Translations under genes and position numbers: made by a program
The notes under the pieces: model-generated
What the model was told of the DNA's origin: nothing
Seen by the model: only the letters and a program-made list of their open reading frames with translations
Databases searched by the model: none
Part shown: piece after piece, positions 28,483 through 37,898 of the stretch
Numbering within the stretch: the stretch's first letter is position 1
How the letters are laid out: every line of letters starts with the position of its first letter
Assembly: GCA_039181495.1 (NCBI GenBank)
Contig: JBCDCP010000001.1
Span: 365-64,364, forward strand
Source: Pseudomonadota bacterium
Lineage (GTDB): Bacteria; Pseudomonadota; Alphaproteobacteria; Rhizobiales; Tepidamorphaceae
DNA length: 64,000 bases
Direction of reading: 5' to 3'

Positions 28483-28986
28483 ATGAGCTGGTCATTTCTG
28501 GTGTTTGCGGGAGCATGTTTTGTGGCCGCTCTTTCCGGCGGGCTGTTTCGCCCCGGAGCCTGGTACCGCGCCCTGAACAAACCATCATGGCAGCCACCGG
28601 ACTGGCTGTTCGGGCCTGTCTGGTTCGTTCTCTACTGGATGATTGCTTTTGCCGGGTGGATTGTCTGGGAACGAACGGGCGGACAGGGCGATCTGGCGGC
28701 AGCCGCTTTGCCAATGCTGGCTTATGTGGCGCAGCTTGTACTGAACTTCCTGTGGTCGCTGTTGTTTTTCGGTATGAAGCGAATGCGGCTGGCGTTCATC
28801 GAAGTTCTTGCGATGCATCTTTCGATCGTGGCCTGCATCGTTCTGTTCTGGCCGGTCAGCCACGTCGCCGCATTGCTGATGATGCCCTACCTCGCCTGGG
28901 TCAGTTTTGCTGCGTTTCTCAACTACACACTGTTTCGGTTGAACCCCGATGGCGGGCTCGACCCGGCGGTTGCGAGAGCCTCTTGA
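28483..28986 (+). CDS. tspO: Tryptophan-rich sensory protein TspO/MBR
   Basis: WYRALNKPSWQPPDWLFGPVWFVLYWMIAFAGW, five TM segments, and a position after crtB as in Rhodobacter. Alternative starts are at 28459 and 28468. Confidence 0.9.
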   Translation: MSWSFLVFAGACFVAALSGGLFRPGAWYRALNKPSWQPPDWLFGPVWFVLYWMIAFAGWIVWERTGGQGDLAAAALPMLAYVAQLVLNFLWSLLFFGMKRMRLAFIEVLAMHLSIVACIVLFWPVSHVAALLMMPYLAWVSFAAFLNYTLFRLNPDGGLDPAVARAS

Positions 28987-29167
28987 TCAACGCCCAAACA
29001 CTCATTCTCATTGAGCTGTTTCTGGTCTTTGGCGGCCTATTAGCCTTCTTTGCCTGGCAGATGCACGCGTTGAAACGGGCGCGAGAGGAACGCGAGGCGC
29101 GCGAGCGGCAGGCAGCCGAGCAGTCAGTTGCCGGTCGGAAAACCAAGAAGAAAGCGAACTCGCGCGG

Positions 29168-30040
29168 CTAGCGGGAAATCGGCGTTCTTGGCGGTCCCGA
29201 GAAGATGCTCCGCGGCATCCGCCATGGCAGCATGAGCCGGGTCGTCCAATGGTCGAAACGCCGAAGGTCGAGCGATTCGTGGACAGCCGGTGCATTTTCG
29301 CCGAGCAGATGGGTTTGAAGCTCCGATCGTGCATAGAAAGGCGTGTCTTCAAGTGTTCGCGTCACGGTTGCTGAGCGGGCGCGATGGGTTCCTTCATCGG
29401 CTTGGACAAACCGGCGGATGCGCCAGAGGGTGGATGGCAATGTGCGCCGTTCAGGCGGTTCGAACAGATCGGCCTTGCCGGATCGGTCAAAGCGTACTGC
29501 GATGGAAGATCGCGCGTCGTTCCGGTCAATCGAATCATAGAGAACAGCCGCGCCATCGTTGAGATCCGCGCGCGACCAGTCCCACTCGGTGAAACCTGCT
29601 TCGAGCGGCTCGGTTCCCATATTGGTGTCGAGATAGCCATGCCCGGACCAGTGGCAGGCCGGTTGATCGAATTCCACCTCAATGCGGGAAACTGGCGCGA
29701 TGGCCCACCAGCGGTGCCGCGCCTGATCGTCGAGCTGAAAAGCAGTGTCAGTGATCGCATGCGGCGACAGTCGAATCCGCCCTTTGACCCGATAGGGAAG
29801 GGGTGCGCCGATCTCGTCGATCTCGAGCAACAACGCATTGCCGTCCCACCGCATCGCGCTGGGGCCAACGATAAAGTTCTGCTTGTCGCGAAACACCGCC
29901 TTGCGGGGCCGTTCGGTCATGGTCCAGCGTTTCACACCCTTGCCGTAGAGCGCGACATTGAATGCGCAGTGGTCGTCGGGCCTCTTGCGGCCGGCCCAGA
30001 AGTAGTAGGGTGAGAACACCGAACCCACGAACATGATCAT
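29168..30040 (-). CDS. crtC: Hydroxyneurosporene synthase / carotenoid 1,2-hydratase (minimal model; the ORF stays open to 30415)
   Basis: MIMFVGSVFSPYYFWAGRKRPDDHCAFNVALYG..., HGYLDTNMG and FYARS motifs, and synteny with crtD. See the finding on the N-terminal problem. Confidence 0.85.
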   Translation of the reverse strand: MIMFVGSVFSPYYFWAGRKRPDDHCAFNVALYGKGVKRWTMTERPRKAVFRDKQNFIVGPSAMRWDGNALLLEIDEIGAPLPYRVKGRIRLSPHAITDTAFQLDDQARHRWWAIAPVSRIEVEFDQPACHWSGHGYLDTNMGTEPLEAGFTEWDWSRADLNDGAAVLYDSIDRNDARSSIAVRFDRSGKADLFEPPERRTLPSTLWRIRRFVQADEGTHRARSATVTRTLEDTPFYARSELQTHLLGENAPAVHESLDLRRFDHWTTRLMLPWRMPRSIFSGPPRTPISR

Positions 30041-30066
30041 GCTCAGGCCATAACGGCCGCAATCGC

Positions 30067-31647
30067 TCAGCCCGTCGACATACCACCAGAGATAACCACC
30101 GGGCTCGACCGTCTGGTCGAAGTCAAATCCTGGTGGAGAGATTGCGCTGCCAGCCGTCCCGACAGCGCTGCCATCGGCACGCCCGGTCCCGGATGAACGC
30201 TGCCCCCGGCGAGATACAGGCCGCGTATCCGGGTCCGTGCTTCCGGCCTGCGGAATGATGCGTTCCAGCTGTGATTCGCCCGACCGTAAAGCGCCCCGCC
30301 GGTCCCCGGGAACAGCTTCTCGAAGTCCTCCGGCGTGGTCAGAACCTGATTCACCGAATCCGTCTCCAGCTTGAGGCCCAGCCGCTCCAGATGGGTGAAG
30401 GTCTGCTGATGACATCTATCGGTCTCCTGTGCGGTCCAGCCGGTGTCGTCACCTGTGGCTGGCGCGTTGGTCAGAATGAGCAACCTTTCGCGGCCGTCGG
30501 GTGTTGCGGCGTTTGCCACATCGCCCCGGTCCTGCGCGCAAACATAAACTGTGGGATCGGCCGGTGTCTGTCGTTGGCGGAAAATCTCTTCGAATTCCGC
30601 GCGATAGCCGTGGTTAGCTGGATTAGAGAAGAACACGTTGTGGCGCAGGAGCGGAAATCCGTCTGCCTTTGCGAACGCGGTCCAGACGCAGGCCGAAAGG
30701 GAACGGTCTTTCAAAGAAACAGGTTCAGCGACACTTTTTACCTGATCGCCCAACAGGCCCCAACCAAGTGCTGAGACGTCGCCATTGTAGATGACATGGC
30801 GTCCGGGGATGTGCTCGCCGGTGGTCAGTGTGACACCGCTAACGCCGTCATTTCCTGTTTCGATTCGCGCGACCCGACAGCCGGTTCGGACAATTGCGCC
30901 GTTATGCGTCGCACTGTTTGAAATCGCCTTGGCCAGGGCGTGCATGCCACCCTCAACATACCAGACGCCCTGTTGCTCGACATGGGCAACAAGCATCAAT
31001 GTGGCTGGGCACAGGAACGGTGATGACCCGCAATAGGTGGCATAACGGCCAAATAGTTGCTGCAGACGAGGATCCTGGAAATGTCGGCCAAGTGCTGCCC
31101 ACATTTTCGAAAAGGGTCCGGCGCGCAACAGCGCTGGCCACTTGGCAAACCCCATACGTTTATGCAGCGACAGCATGCCCGGGCGCGAGCCGCGGATGAA
31201 GGGCCCTTCCAGCGTCTCGTAGATCTCTGCCGCATGGGCACAGAATCCGCGGAAAAGATCGGCTTCGGCTGGCCCGGACAGTGATTCTATCGCTGCCGCC
31301 GACCGATCAACATCTGCAAACAGGTCAAGTGTCGTTCCGTCCGGCCACGCGTGACGTGCCAGGATATCGGCGCGCTGTAACGTTACCGCGTCTTCGAATT
31401 GCTGGCCGGCTTCGGCATAAAGACCATCGAACACCCATTTCATGGTGAACACGGTCGGGCCTGCATCAACCCCTTCGGCGGCATCGGGAAGATGGATCTG
31501 ACGCATCTTGCCACCGACCTGCTCGGCTGCCTCCAAAACGGTTACCGGGCGACCCGTTGCTGCCACCGCAAAGGCGGCGCTGAGTCCGCCGATGCCAGCG
31601 CCAATGACGATGACATGATCGGCGGAAGAGGTCGGCATTTGCAGCAC
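30067..31647 (-). CDS. crtD: Hydroxyneurosporene/methoxyneurosporene desaturase
   Basis: VIVIGAGIGGLSAAFAVAATGRPVTVLEAAEQVGGK and the C-terminal YLAGGSVHPGPGVPMAALSGRLAA. It is divergent from crtE. Confidence 0.9.
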   Translation of the reverse strand: MLQMPTSSADHVIVIGAGIGGLSAAFAVAATGRPVTVLEAAEQVGGKMRQIHLPDAAEGVDAGPTVFTMKWVFDGLYAEAGQQFEDAVTLQRADILARHAWPDGTTLDLFADVDRSAAAIESLSGPAEADLFRGFCAHAAEIYETLEGPFIRGSRPGMLSLHKRMGFAKWPALLRAGPFSKMWAALGRHFQDPRLQQLFGRYATYCGSSPFLCPATLMLVAHVEQQGVWYVEGGMHALAKAISNSATHNGAIVRTGCRVARIETGNDGVSGVTLTTGEHIPGRHVIYNGDVSALGWGLLGDQVKSVAEPVSLKDRSLSACVWTAFAKADGFPLLRHNVFFSNPANHGYRAEFEEIFRQRQTPADPTVYVCAQDRGDVANAATPDGRERLLILTNAPATGDDTGWTAQETDRCHQQTFTHLERLGLKLETDSVNQVLTTPEDFEKLFPGTGGALYGRANHSWNASFRRPEARTRIRGLYLAGGSVHPGPGVPMAALSGRLAAQSLHQDLTSTRRSSPVVISGGMSTG

Positions 31648-31691
31648 GATGGGGGTTCCTCTTGGTCGCGCGAACCGGCTTTATTGATAAG

Positions 31692-31709
31692 TGTCAATCA
31701 AAATTGACA
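31692..31709. promoter_or_regulatory. PpsR/CrtJ-type palindrome TGTCAATCAAAATTGACA in the divergent crtD/crtE intergenic region
   Basis: An exact TGT-N12-ACA with perfect 7-bp arms (TGTCAAT/ATTGACA). It lies 45 nt from the crtD ATG and 116 nt from the crtE ATG. Confidence 0.7.
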
Positions 31710-31824
31710 GTCAGGCAAGACAATTGAACTAGACATTCTGGCTGATGGTCCCTACCCTTTTTGATCAAGCGCACTAACCCGCGCGCATCGCGACGATTGC
31801 CTGGGAGCCGGAGGGAGCGGAGCC

Positions 31825-32694
31825 ATGAAGTCACTGGCACGGATCGAGCAGGCTCTGGATCATGCGCTGGAGCGCGCAACCGGAGAAACCTGTCCGCCGC
31901 AACTGGCAGACGCGGTGCGTTACGCATTGTTCCCCGGTGGTGCGCGGGTCCGGCCACGGCTCTGTCTGGCCGTTGGACTAGCCTGCGGTGACGATGCACC
32001 CGAACTGACCGATGCGGCCTGCGCGGCCGTCGAGATCATGCATTGCGCATCGCTGGTCCATGACGACATGCCTTGCTTCGATGACGCTGAGACGCGACGC
32101 GGGCGCCCCTCAGTGCATAAGACCTTCGGTGAGCCGTTGGCGCTGCTTACCGGCGATGCAATGATCGTTCTCGCATTTGACATTCTTGGCCGTGCTGCAT
32201 GCTCGCATCCTTCGCGGCTGGGCCCGTTGGTCTCCGCATTGTCTGGTGCGGTTGGAATGCCGAACGGCATCACGGCCGGGCAGGCCTGGGAGAGCGAAGA
32301 CAGTCCGCCGCTCGACCTCTATCACCGGGCCAAGACTGGGGCGCTCTTTATCGGCGCATGCCGGCTGGGCGCGATTTCGGCAGGCGGAGATGCTGATGCG
32401 TGGGTCACGCTAGGCGATCGTCTGGGCGCGGCCTATCAAGTTGCCGACGATCTGCGGGATGCCGCTGCCGATGAGGATGAGATCGGCAAGCCGGTTGGCC
32501 AGGATGGTATCCATGACCGGCCCAATGCTGTGGCTGAACTCGGAATTCCGAAAGCGCTGGGCAAACTCGACAGCCTGGTGCGTGGCGCGATTTCCGCCAT
32601 TCCCGAATGCCGCGGAGCGGAGATGCTCGAAGCCCTCATCCGCAGTGAAGCAAAGCGGCTGGTTCCCAACAAGCTTGCAAAGTCGGCGGCCTGA
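31825..32694 (+). CDS. crtE: Geranylgeranyl diphosphate synthase
   Basis: First DDxxD region HCASLVHDDMPCFDDAETRRGRPSVHK and second region YQVADDLRD. Confidence 0.9.
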   Translation: MKSLARIEQALDHALERATGETCPPQLADAVRYALFPGGARVRPRLCLAVGLACGDDAPELTDAACAAVEIMHCASLVHDDMPCFDDAETRRGRPSVHKTFGEPLALLTGDAMIVLAFDILGRAACSHPSRLGPLVSALSGAVGMPNGITAGQAWESEDSPPLDLYHRAKTGALFIGACRLGAISAGGDADAWVTLGDRLGAAYQVADDLRDAAADEDEIGKPVGQDGIHDRPNAVAELGIPKALGKLDSLVRGAISAIPECRGAEMLEALIRSEAKRLVPNKLAKSAA

Positions 32695-32706
32695 TTGGGG
32701 CCGAAC

Positions 32707-33939
32707 ATGTCGGCACACACCGAAAGCAGTCTGGGGAGACCATCGACGGACGCTGACGGAAAAGCCCTCACCACGAGCCACGATACGGGACGATCTGCGG
32801 CAACCGGATGGTTGCGTTCGCGCTGGTGCGCGTTTCGTGACCGCATGCTCCAGGACATCCGGTTTCAGCGTTGGGCTGCGGGATTTCCGCTGACCGCGTG
32901 GCTGGCGCGCAAGCGAACTTCCGAGCTCTTCGATCTCACAGCCGGTTTCGTTTATTCGCAGATCCTTCATGCGATCGTCTCCCTCGACATTCTTCCATTG
33001 ATGTCGAAAGGGCCGATACCATTTGCACGTCTTCTGTCCGAAGTTCAGCTTTCCGAGGATGCCGCGCGCCGGCTGTTTGACGGGGCCGTTGCCTTGCGTC
33101 TGATGGAACGGCGCGGTGAGGAGGCCGGGCACACGCTCTACGGGCTAGGCGATCTGGGCGCTGCATTGCTGGCCAATCCCGGTGTCGGTGCGATGATCCG
33201 GCACCATGCGCTGCTCTATCGTGACCTGACCGACCCCGTTGCGCTGTTGCGCGGCGAAACAGTTGATACGGATGGCCACACTGCGCTGTCGCGATACTGG
33301 GCTTATGTGCGCAACCAGGACGCGGACACGCTACCGGCCGAGCAGGTGTCGGACTACAGCGCGCTGATGGGAATCTCACAGGCGTTCATTGCCGAGGAGA
33401 TTCTGCGCGCCTATCCGATTGGAAGACACGCCCAGGTGCTCGATATCGGTGGCGGTCAGGGCGCGTTCATTCAGGCCGCTGCTGCGGAAACGACACAGAC
33501 CCGGTTCCAGCTGTTTGACCTTCCTGCTGTGGCCGAACGAGCGGCTCAGCGCTTTGCCGAAGCTGGCTTGGCAGAACGTTGCGTTGCCCATGGCGGGGAC
33601 ATGTTCGCAGGCGACTATCCGCCGGGCGCTGATCTCATCTGCCTCATCCGTGTTCTTTACGATCACTCGGATGATGCCATCGTAAAATTGCTCACCGCTA
33701 TTCGCGGTCATATGGCGGCCGACTCGACGCTGCTGGTGGCCGAACCCATGGCCGGCGTGCGCAGCGCCGAACGCATGGGTGACGCCTATTTCGGCATGTA
33801 TTTGTTTGCCATGCATGGCGGCCGGCCAAGGACTCAGGCCGAACTCACATCCTTCCTGAAAGAGGCCGGTTTCTCGACCGTGACGCGCCACTCTGTCCGC
33901 AATCCGATGCTGACGAGTGTGGTGACTGCAAGACCTTAG
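32707..33939 (+). CDS. crtF: Demethylspheroidene / hydroxyneurosporene O-methyltransferase
   Basis: SAM-binding VLDIGGGQGAF, a dimerisation-domain N-terminus, and synteny crtE-crtF-bchC. An alternative TTG start lies at 32695. Confidence 0.88.
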   Translation: MSAHTESSLGRPSTDADGKALTTSHDTGRSAATGWLRSRWCAFRDRMLQDIRFQRWAAGFPLTAWLARKRTSELFDLTAGFVYSQILHAIVSLDILPLMSKGPIPFARLLSEVQLSEDAARRLFDGAVALRLMERRGEEAGHTLYGLGDLGAALLANPGVGAMIRHHALLYRDLTDPVALLRGETVDTDGHTALSRYWAYVRNQDADTLPAEQVSDYSALMGISQAFIAEEILRAYPIGRHAQVLDIGGGQGAFIQAAAAETTQTRFQLFDLPAVAERAAQRFAEAGLAERCVAHGGDMFAGDYPPGADLICLIRVLYDHSDDAIVKLLTAIRGHMAADSTLLVAEPMAGVRSAERMGDAYFGMYLFAMHGGRPRTQAELTSFLKEAGFSTVTRHSVRNPMLTSVVTARP

Positions 33940-33957
33940 GGATTTCACGTCCGTAAG

Positions 33958-34001
33958 TGTTAAGTTTGCTTGACATGTCTTAGCGTCAAATTAGACTGAC
34001 A
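33958..34001 (+). promoter_or_regulatory. Tandem PpsR/CrtJ palindromes 8 bp apart overlapping a sigma70-like bchC promoter (TTGACA-N16-TAGACT)
   Basis: TGTTAAGTTTGCTTGACA (33958-33975) and cGTCAAATTAGACTGACA (33984-34001, one mismatch). The -35 TTGACA is at 33970-33975 and the -10-like TAGACT at 33992-33997. Confidence 0.7.
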
Positions 34002-34258
34002 ATCAGAACAGCCTAGGACTAGCCCGGAGGGGGTCAGGCCAGCTCGGCTGGCACGCGTGGCAGTACCGGTCGCCGATCTCAACACCCTCCGCAGCAACGC
34101 CCTTCAAACCGCGCTGACGATCAGGCGGCGGAAAACACGATCAGGACGGCATTGAAGATCAAGCAATGAACGTTTCGGCAAAGGATCTGCATAGTCTGAC
34201 CGATCAGGCCAGCGCCGATGTGCACGACGGCCCTGATCGGGCCATCGCCCTTGAAGCG

Positions 34259-35200
34259 ATGGCTGTCGTTCTGCAGTCCCCGGAACAGCTTGAAGTACGC
34301 CGACTGTCGCTCACACCGCCCGAGCGCGATGACATAGTCGTCGATATCGCCTTCAGTGGAATTTCGACAGGAACCGAAAGGCTGCTTTGGACGGGGCGCA
34401 TGCCGCAGTTTCCCGGCATGGGCTATCCACTTGTTCCTGGTTATGAATCTGTCGGAACGGTGGTCGCAGCAGGCAGCGATGCTGCACACGCGGTGGGGGA
34501 TCCGGTCTTTGTTCCCGGCGCCCGCTGTTATGGCGATGTCCGGGGGCTTTTCGGTGGTGCGGCATCGAGGGTCGTGCTGGCCTCGGACCGTGCCGTCGCG
34601 CTTGATGGAGTGTCCGGCGAAGAGGGCGTTCTGATCGCATTGGCGGCAACCGCCTATCATGCGCTTTATCGATCAACCGACGCGTCCGATGTGACGCTGC
34701 CAGAGCTGATCGTCGGACATGGCGTACTGGGCCGGCTGGTGGCGCGGCTGGTCGTTGCGCTGGGTGGCGAACCGGTGGTCTGGGAAGCCAACGAACTCCG
34801 TCATGGCGGAGCCCAGGGCTACCGCGTGGTGCTTCCGGAAAACGACCTGCGGACCGACTATCCCGTCATCTGTGATGTCAGCGGCGCAGCCGACATCCTT
34901 GACACGCTGATCGAACGTCTGGGCAAGGGCGGCGAAATCGTCCTCGCCGGCTTCTACGAACAACCGCTGAGCTTCGTGTTTCCGCCCGCCTTCATGCGCG
35001 AGGCGCGAATCCGCATCGCCGCTGAATGGGCGCCGCAGGACCTGGCCGCCGTCAAGGCGCTGATTGCTGAGGGGCGGCTCGATCTAGGGGGGCTCATTAC
35101 CCATCGCAGGCCTGCAAGCGAGGCTGAGGATGCCTATGCAACGGCGTTCTCGGACCCGCAATGCCTGAAGATGATCCTCGATTGGAGGGCATCGTCATGA
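34259..35200 (+). CDS. bchC: Bacteriochlorophyllide a dehydrogenase (3-hydroxyethyl dehydrogenase)
   Basis: [18 protein letters not shown]...[42 protein letters not shown]. The ATG at 34259 gives the usual length of about 313 aa. The ORF-track ATG at 34166 adds 31 atypical residues. Confidence 0.9.
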   Translation: MAVVLQSPEQLEVRRLSLTPPERDDIVVDIAFSGISTGTERLLWTGRMPQFPGMGYPLVPGYESVGTVVAAGSDAAHAVGDPVFVPGARCYGDVRGLFGGAASRVVLASDRAVALDGVSGEEGVLIALAATAYHALYRSTDASDVTLPELIVGHGVLGRLVARLVVALGGEPVVWEANELRHGGAQGYRVVLPENDLRTDYPVICDVSGAADILDTLIERLGKGGEIVLAGFYEQPLSFVFPPAFMREARIRIAAEWAPQDLAAVKALIAEGRLDLGGLITHRRPASEAEDAYATAFSDPQCLKMILDWRASS

Positions 35201-35237
35201 CGACTGCGCTGGATCGCAACTGTTTGAGGGGACAGTC

Positions 35238-36272
35238 ATGAACGCAATTCCACCAAAGCCGAACGGGTCTGGCCCGGGCAAGGGTAACGGCAAGCCGAAC
35301 ATGCGCGATCTATTGCGCGCCGAAGCGGCAATCGACCCCGATGCCGTGCACACCGGCGAAGTCACCAAGGAAACCCAGGTGATCGCCATCTACGGCAAGG
35401 GCGGCATCGGCAAATCGTTCACGCTGTCAAATCTCAGCTACATGATGGCGCAGCAGGGCAAGAAGGTTCTGCTGATCGGGTGCGACCCGAAGTCCGATAC
35501 CACGTCGCTGCTGTTCGGCGGCAAGTCTTGTCCCACAATCATCGAGACGTCGTCGGCCAAAAAAGCCGCTGGTGAAGACGTCGAGATCGGTGACGTCTGC
35601 TTCAAACGCGATGGCGTGTTTGCCATGGAGCTTGGCGGCCCCGAGGTCGGGCGTGGCTGTGGCGGACGCGGCATCATCCATGGTTTCGAGCTGCTCGAAA
35701 AACTCGGCTTCCACGACTGGGATTTCGACTACGTGCTGCTCGACTTCCTCGGCGACGTGGTCTGTGGAGGCTTTGGCCTGCCGATCGCCCGCGACATGTG
35801 CCAGAAGGTGATCGTTGTCGGCTCAAACGACCTGCAGTCGCTCTATGTCGCCAACAATGTCTGCTCAGCGGTCGAGTATTTCCGCAAGCTTGGCGGCAAT
35901 GTCGGCGTGGCCGGTATGGTGGTCAACAAGGATGACGGCACCGGCGAAGCGCAGGCCTTTGCGGAAACCGTCGGTATTCCGGTCCTGTCAGCGATCCCAG
36001 CTGATGAGGATATTCGCCGCAAGAGCGCCAATTACGAGATCATCGGCATGCCCGATGGCGAGTGGGGCGAGCTGTTCGCCCAGCTGGCCACTAATGTGGC
36101 TGTCGCGCCGCCGCTGCACCCTGAGCCGCTTACGCAGGACGGTCTGCTGGGCCTGTTCAAGGACGAGGAGACCGGTGCCAACGAACTGCTGATCCCTGCC
36201 ACCATGGCGGATATGTGCGGCGTCAACCATGTCGAGCGGCCATCGCTCGAAGTCATCTACGATAACGTCTGA
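35238..36272 (+). CDS. bchX: Chlorophyllide a reductase iron protein subunit X
   Basis: NifH-like [41 protein letters not shown] and the CGGFG cluster ligand. Confidence 0.95.
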   Translation: MNAIPPKPNGSGPGKGNGKPNMRDLLRAEAAIDPDAVHTGEVTKETQVIAIYGKGGIGKSFTLSNLSYMMAQQGKKVLLIGCDPKSDTTSLLFGGKSCPTIIETSSAKKAAGEDVEIGDVCFKRDGVFAMELGGPEVGRGCGGRGIIHGFELLEKLGFHDWDFDYVLLDFLGDVVCGGFGLPIARDMCQKVIVVGSNDLQSLYVANNVCSAVEYFRKLGGNVGVAGMVVNKDDGTGEAQAFAETVGIPVLSAIPADEDIRRKSANYEIIGMPDGEWGELFAQLATNVAVAPPLHPEPLTQDGLLGLFKDEETGANELLIPATMADMCGVNHVERPSLEVIYDNV

Positions 36273-36281
36273 GGCACGGCG

Positions 36282-37898
36282 ATGACCGATTATGCCGATG
36301 ATACAATTGACCGTCCGCCGCCGGACAAGACCGAATCGGCGGAAGCGATCTACGATGCCGCCGGTGCAGCAGCCCAGGCAGAACGGGCTCAAGCGCCGAC
36401 CGTTGCGGACACTCCGGATTCCGGCGATGGCGTCGGTTGCCATGCCGGAGCAGCCGCGATGGAGAAAGCAGCGCGGGAAGCCGGCAAGTCCGACGTGCTC
36501 GATCAATATGCCAAGGACTATCCGAAGGGTCCGCACGATCAGCCCCAAAGCATGTGCCCGGCCTTCGGGTCGTTGCGGGTCGGCCTGCGGATGCGGCGAA
36601 CGGCCACCATCCTGTCGGGCTCGGCTTGCTGTGTTTATGGCCTGACTTTCACCTCGCACTTCTATGGCGCGCGGCGAACGGTGGGCTATGTGCCATTCAA
36701 CTCCGAAACGCTGGTCACCGGAAAGCTGTTCGAGGACATCCGGGATGCGGTCCATGAAATCGCCGACCCCGAACTCTATGACGCGATCGTCATCACCAAT
36801 CTCTGCGTTCCGACAGCGTCAGGCGTGCCGCTGCGGCTCTTGCCGAAGGAAATCAATGGCGTTCGCATCATCGGTATCGATGTGCCCGGCTTCGGTGTGC
36901 CGACCCATGCCGAGGCCAAGGACGTACTCGCCGGGGCAATGCTGGCCTATGCCCGTGCCGAGGCCGAGCAGGGACCGGTGACGGCACCGGCGCAAGGCGC
37001 GTCCGACAAACCAACGGTGACGCTGGTGGGCGAAATGTTCCCTGCCGATCCGGTTGGCATTGCCCATCTTCTCGCGCCAATGGGTCTTGCCGCAGGGCCG
37101 GTTGTGCCGACGCGCGAATGGCGCGAACTGTATGCCGCGCTCGACTGTGCGGCCGTCGCCGCGATCCACCCGTTCTACACAGCTTCATTCCGTGAGTTTA
37201 CGGCAGCCGGTCGCCCGATCGTCGGTTCCGCGCCGGTTGGTGTTGACGGTACGGCGAGCTGGCTTGAGGGCATCGGTAAGTCGTGCAACGTGCCAACCAA
37301 GGACATTGAGGCGGCAAAGGCAGCTGCTCTACCGGCCATCAAGGGTGCGCTCGCGGCGATGCCGATTGACGGCCGGATCACGATGTCCGGTTATGAGGGC
37401 TCAGAACTCCTGGTGGCGCGGCTGCTCTGCGAGAGCGGCGCCGATGTCCGCTATGTCGGTACCGCTTGCCCGAAGACACCCTATTCGAAGGCCGATCGGG
37501 AGTGGCTTGAGGCGCGCGGAGTGCACGTTCAGTACCGTGCATCTCTGGAGCAGGATCTGGCGGCCTTCAAGGAATTCAAGCCTGATCTGGCGATCGGTAC
37601 GACACCCATCGTCCAGAAGGCCAAAGAGACCTCCACGCCATCTCTTTACTTCACCAACCTGATTTCTGCCCGTCCTCTGATGGGGCCGGCGGGGGCTGGT
37701 TCTCTGGCCCAGGTGATCAACACCGCAATGGCCAACAAGGCGCGTTTCGACGCGATGACGGCGTTCTTCGAAGGTGTTGGAACCGGCGACAATACCGGCG
37801 TCTGGGCTGAAGCACCGAAGCCAAGGCCGAAAAAGAAGTCGACGGTGTCGCTGATCGGGAAGCGCGAACCCGTGGTTGAGGGGGCCATCGGCACATGA
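36282..37898 (+). CDS. bchY: Chlorophyllide a reductase subunit Y
   Basis: NifD-like, with CPAFGSLRV...[12 protein letters not shown]. It lies between bchX and bchZ. Confidence 0.93.
   Translation: MTDYADDTIDRPPPDKTESAEAIYDAAGAAAQAERAQAPTVADTPDSGDGVGCHAGAAAMEKAAREAGKSDVLDQYAKDYPKGPHDQPQSMCPAFGSLRVGLRMRRTATILSGSACCVYGLTFTSHFYGARRTVGYVPFNSETLVTGKLFEDIRDAVHEIADPELYDAIVITNLCVPTASGVPLRLLPKEINGVRIIGIDVPGFGVPTHAEAKDVLAGAMLAYARAEAEQGPVTAPAQGASDKPTVTLVGEMFPADPVGIAHLLAPMGLAAGPVVPTREWRELYAALDCAAVAAIHPFYTASFREFTAAGRPIVGSAPVGVDGTASWLEGIGKSCNVPTKDIEAAKAAALPAIKGALAAMPIDGRITMSGYEGSELLVARLLCESGADVRYVGTACPKTPYSKADREWLEARGVHVQYRASLEQDLAAFKEFKPDLAIGTTPIVQKAKETSTPSLYFTNLISARPLMGPAGAGSLAQVINTAMANKARFDAMTAFFEGVGTGDNTGVWAEAPKPRPKKKSTVSLIGKREPVVEGAIGT

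Noticed and set aside
28398-29171. 257-aa plus-strand ORF overlapping tspO in another frame
   Set aside because: The tspO frame carries the canonical TspO motifs. The alternative frame is Arg/Ala/Gly-rich with no motif and starts inside the crtB-tspO spacer.
31684-31701. TTGAT...ATCAA arms near the crtD/crtE palindrome, considered as an FnrL box
   Set aside because: The spacer is 8 nt, not the 4 nt of the FNR consensus TTGAT-N4-ATCAA. The arms are part of the PpsR palindrome context.
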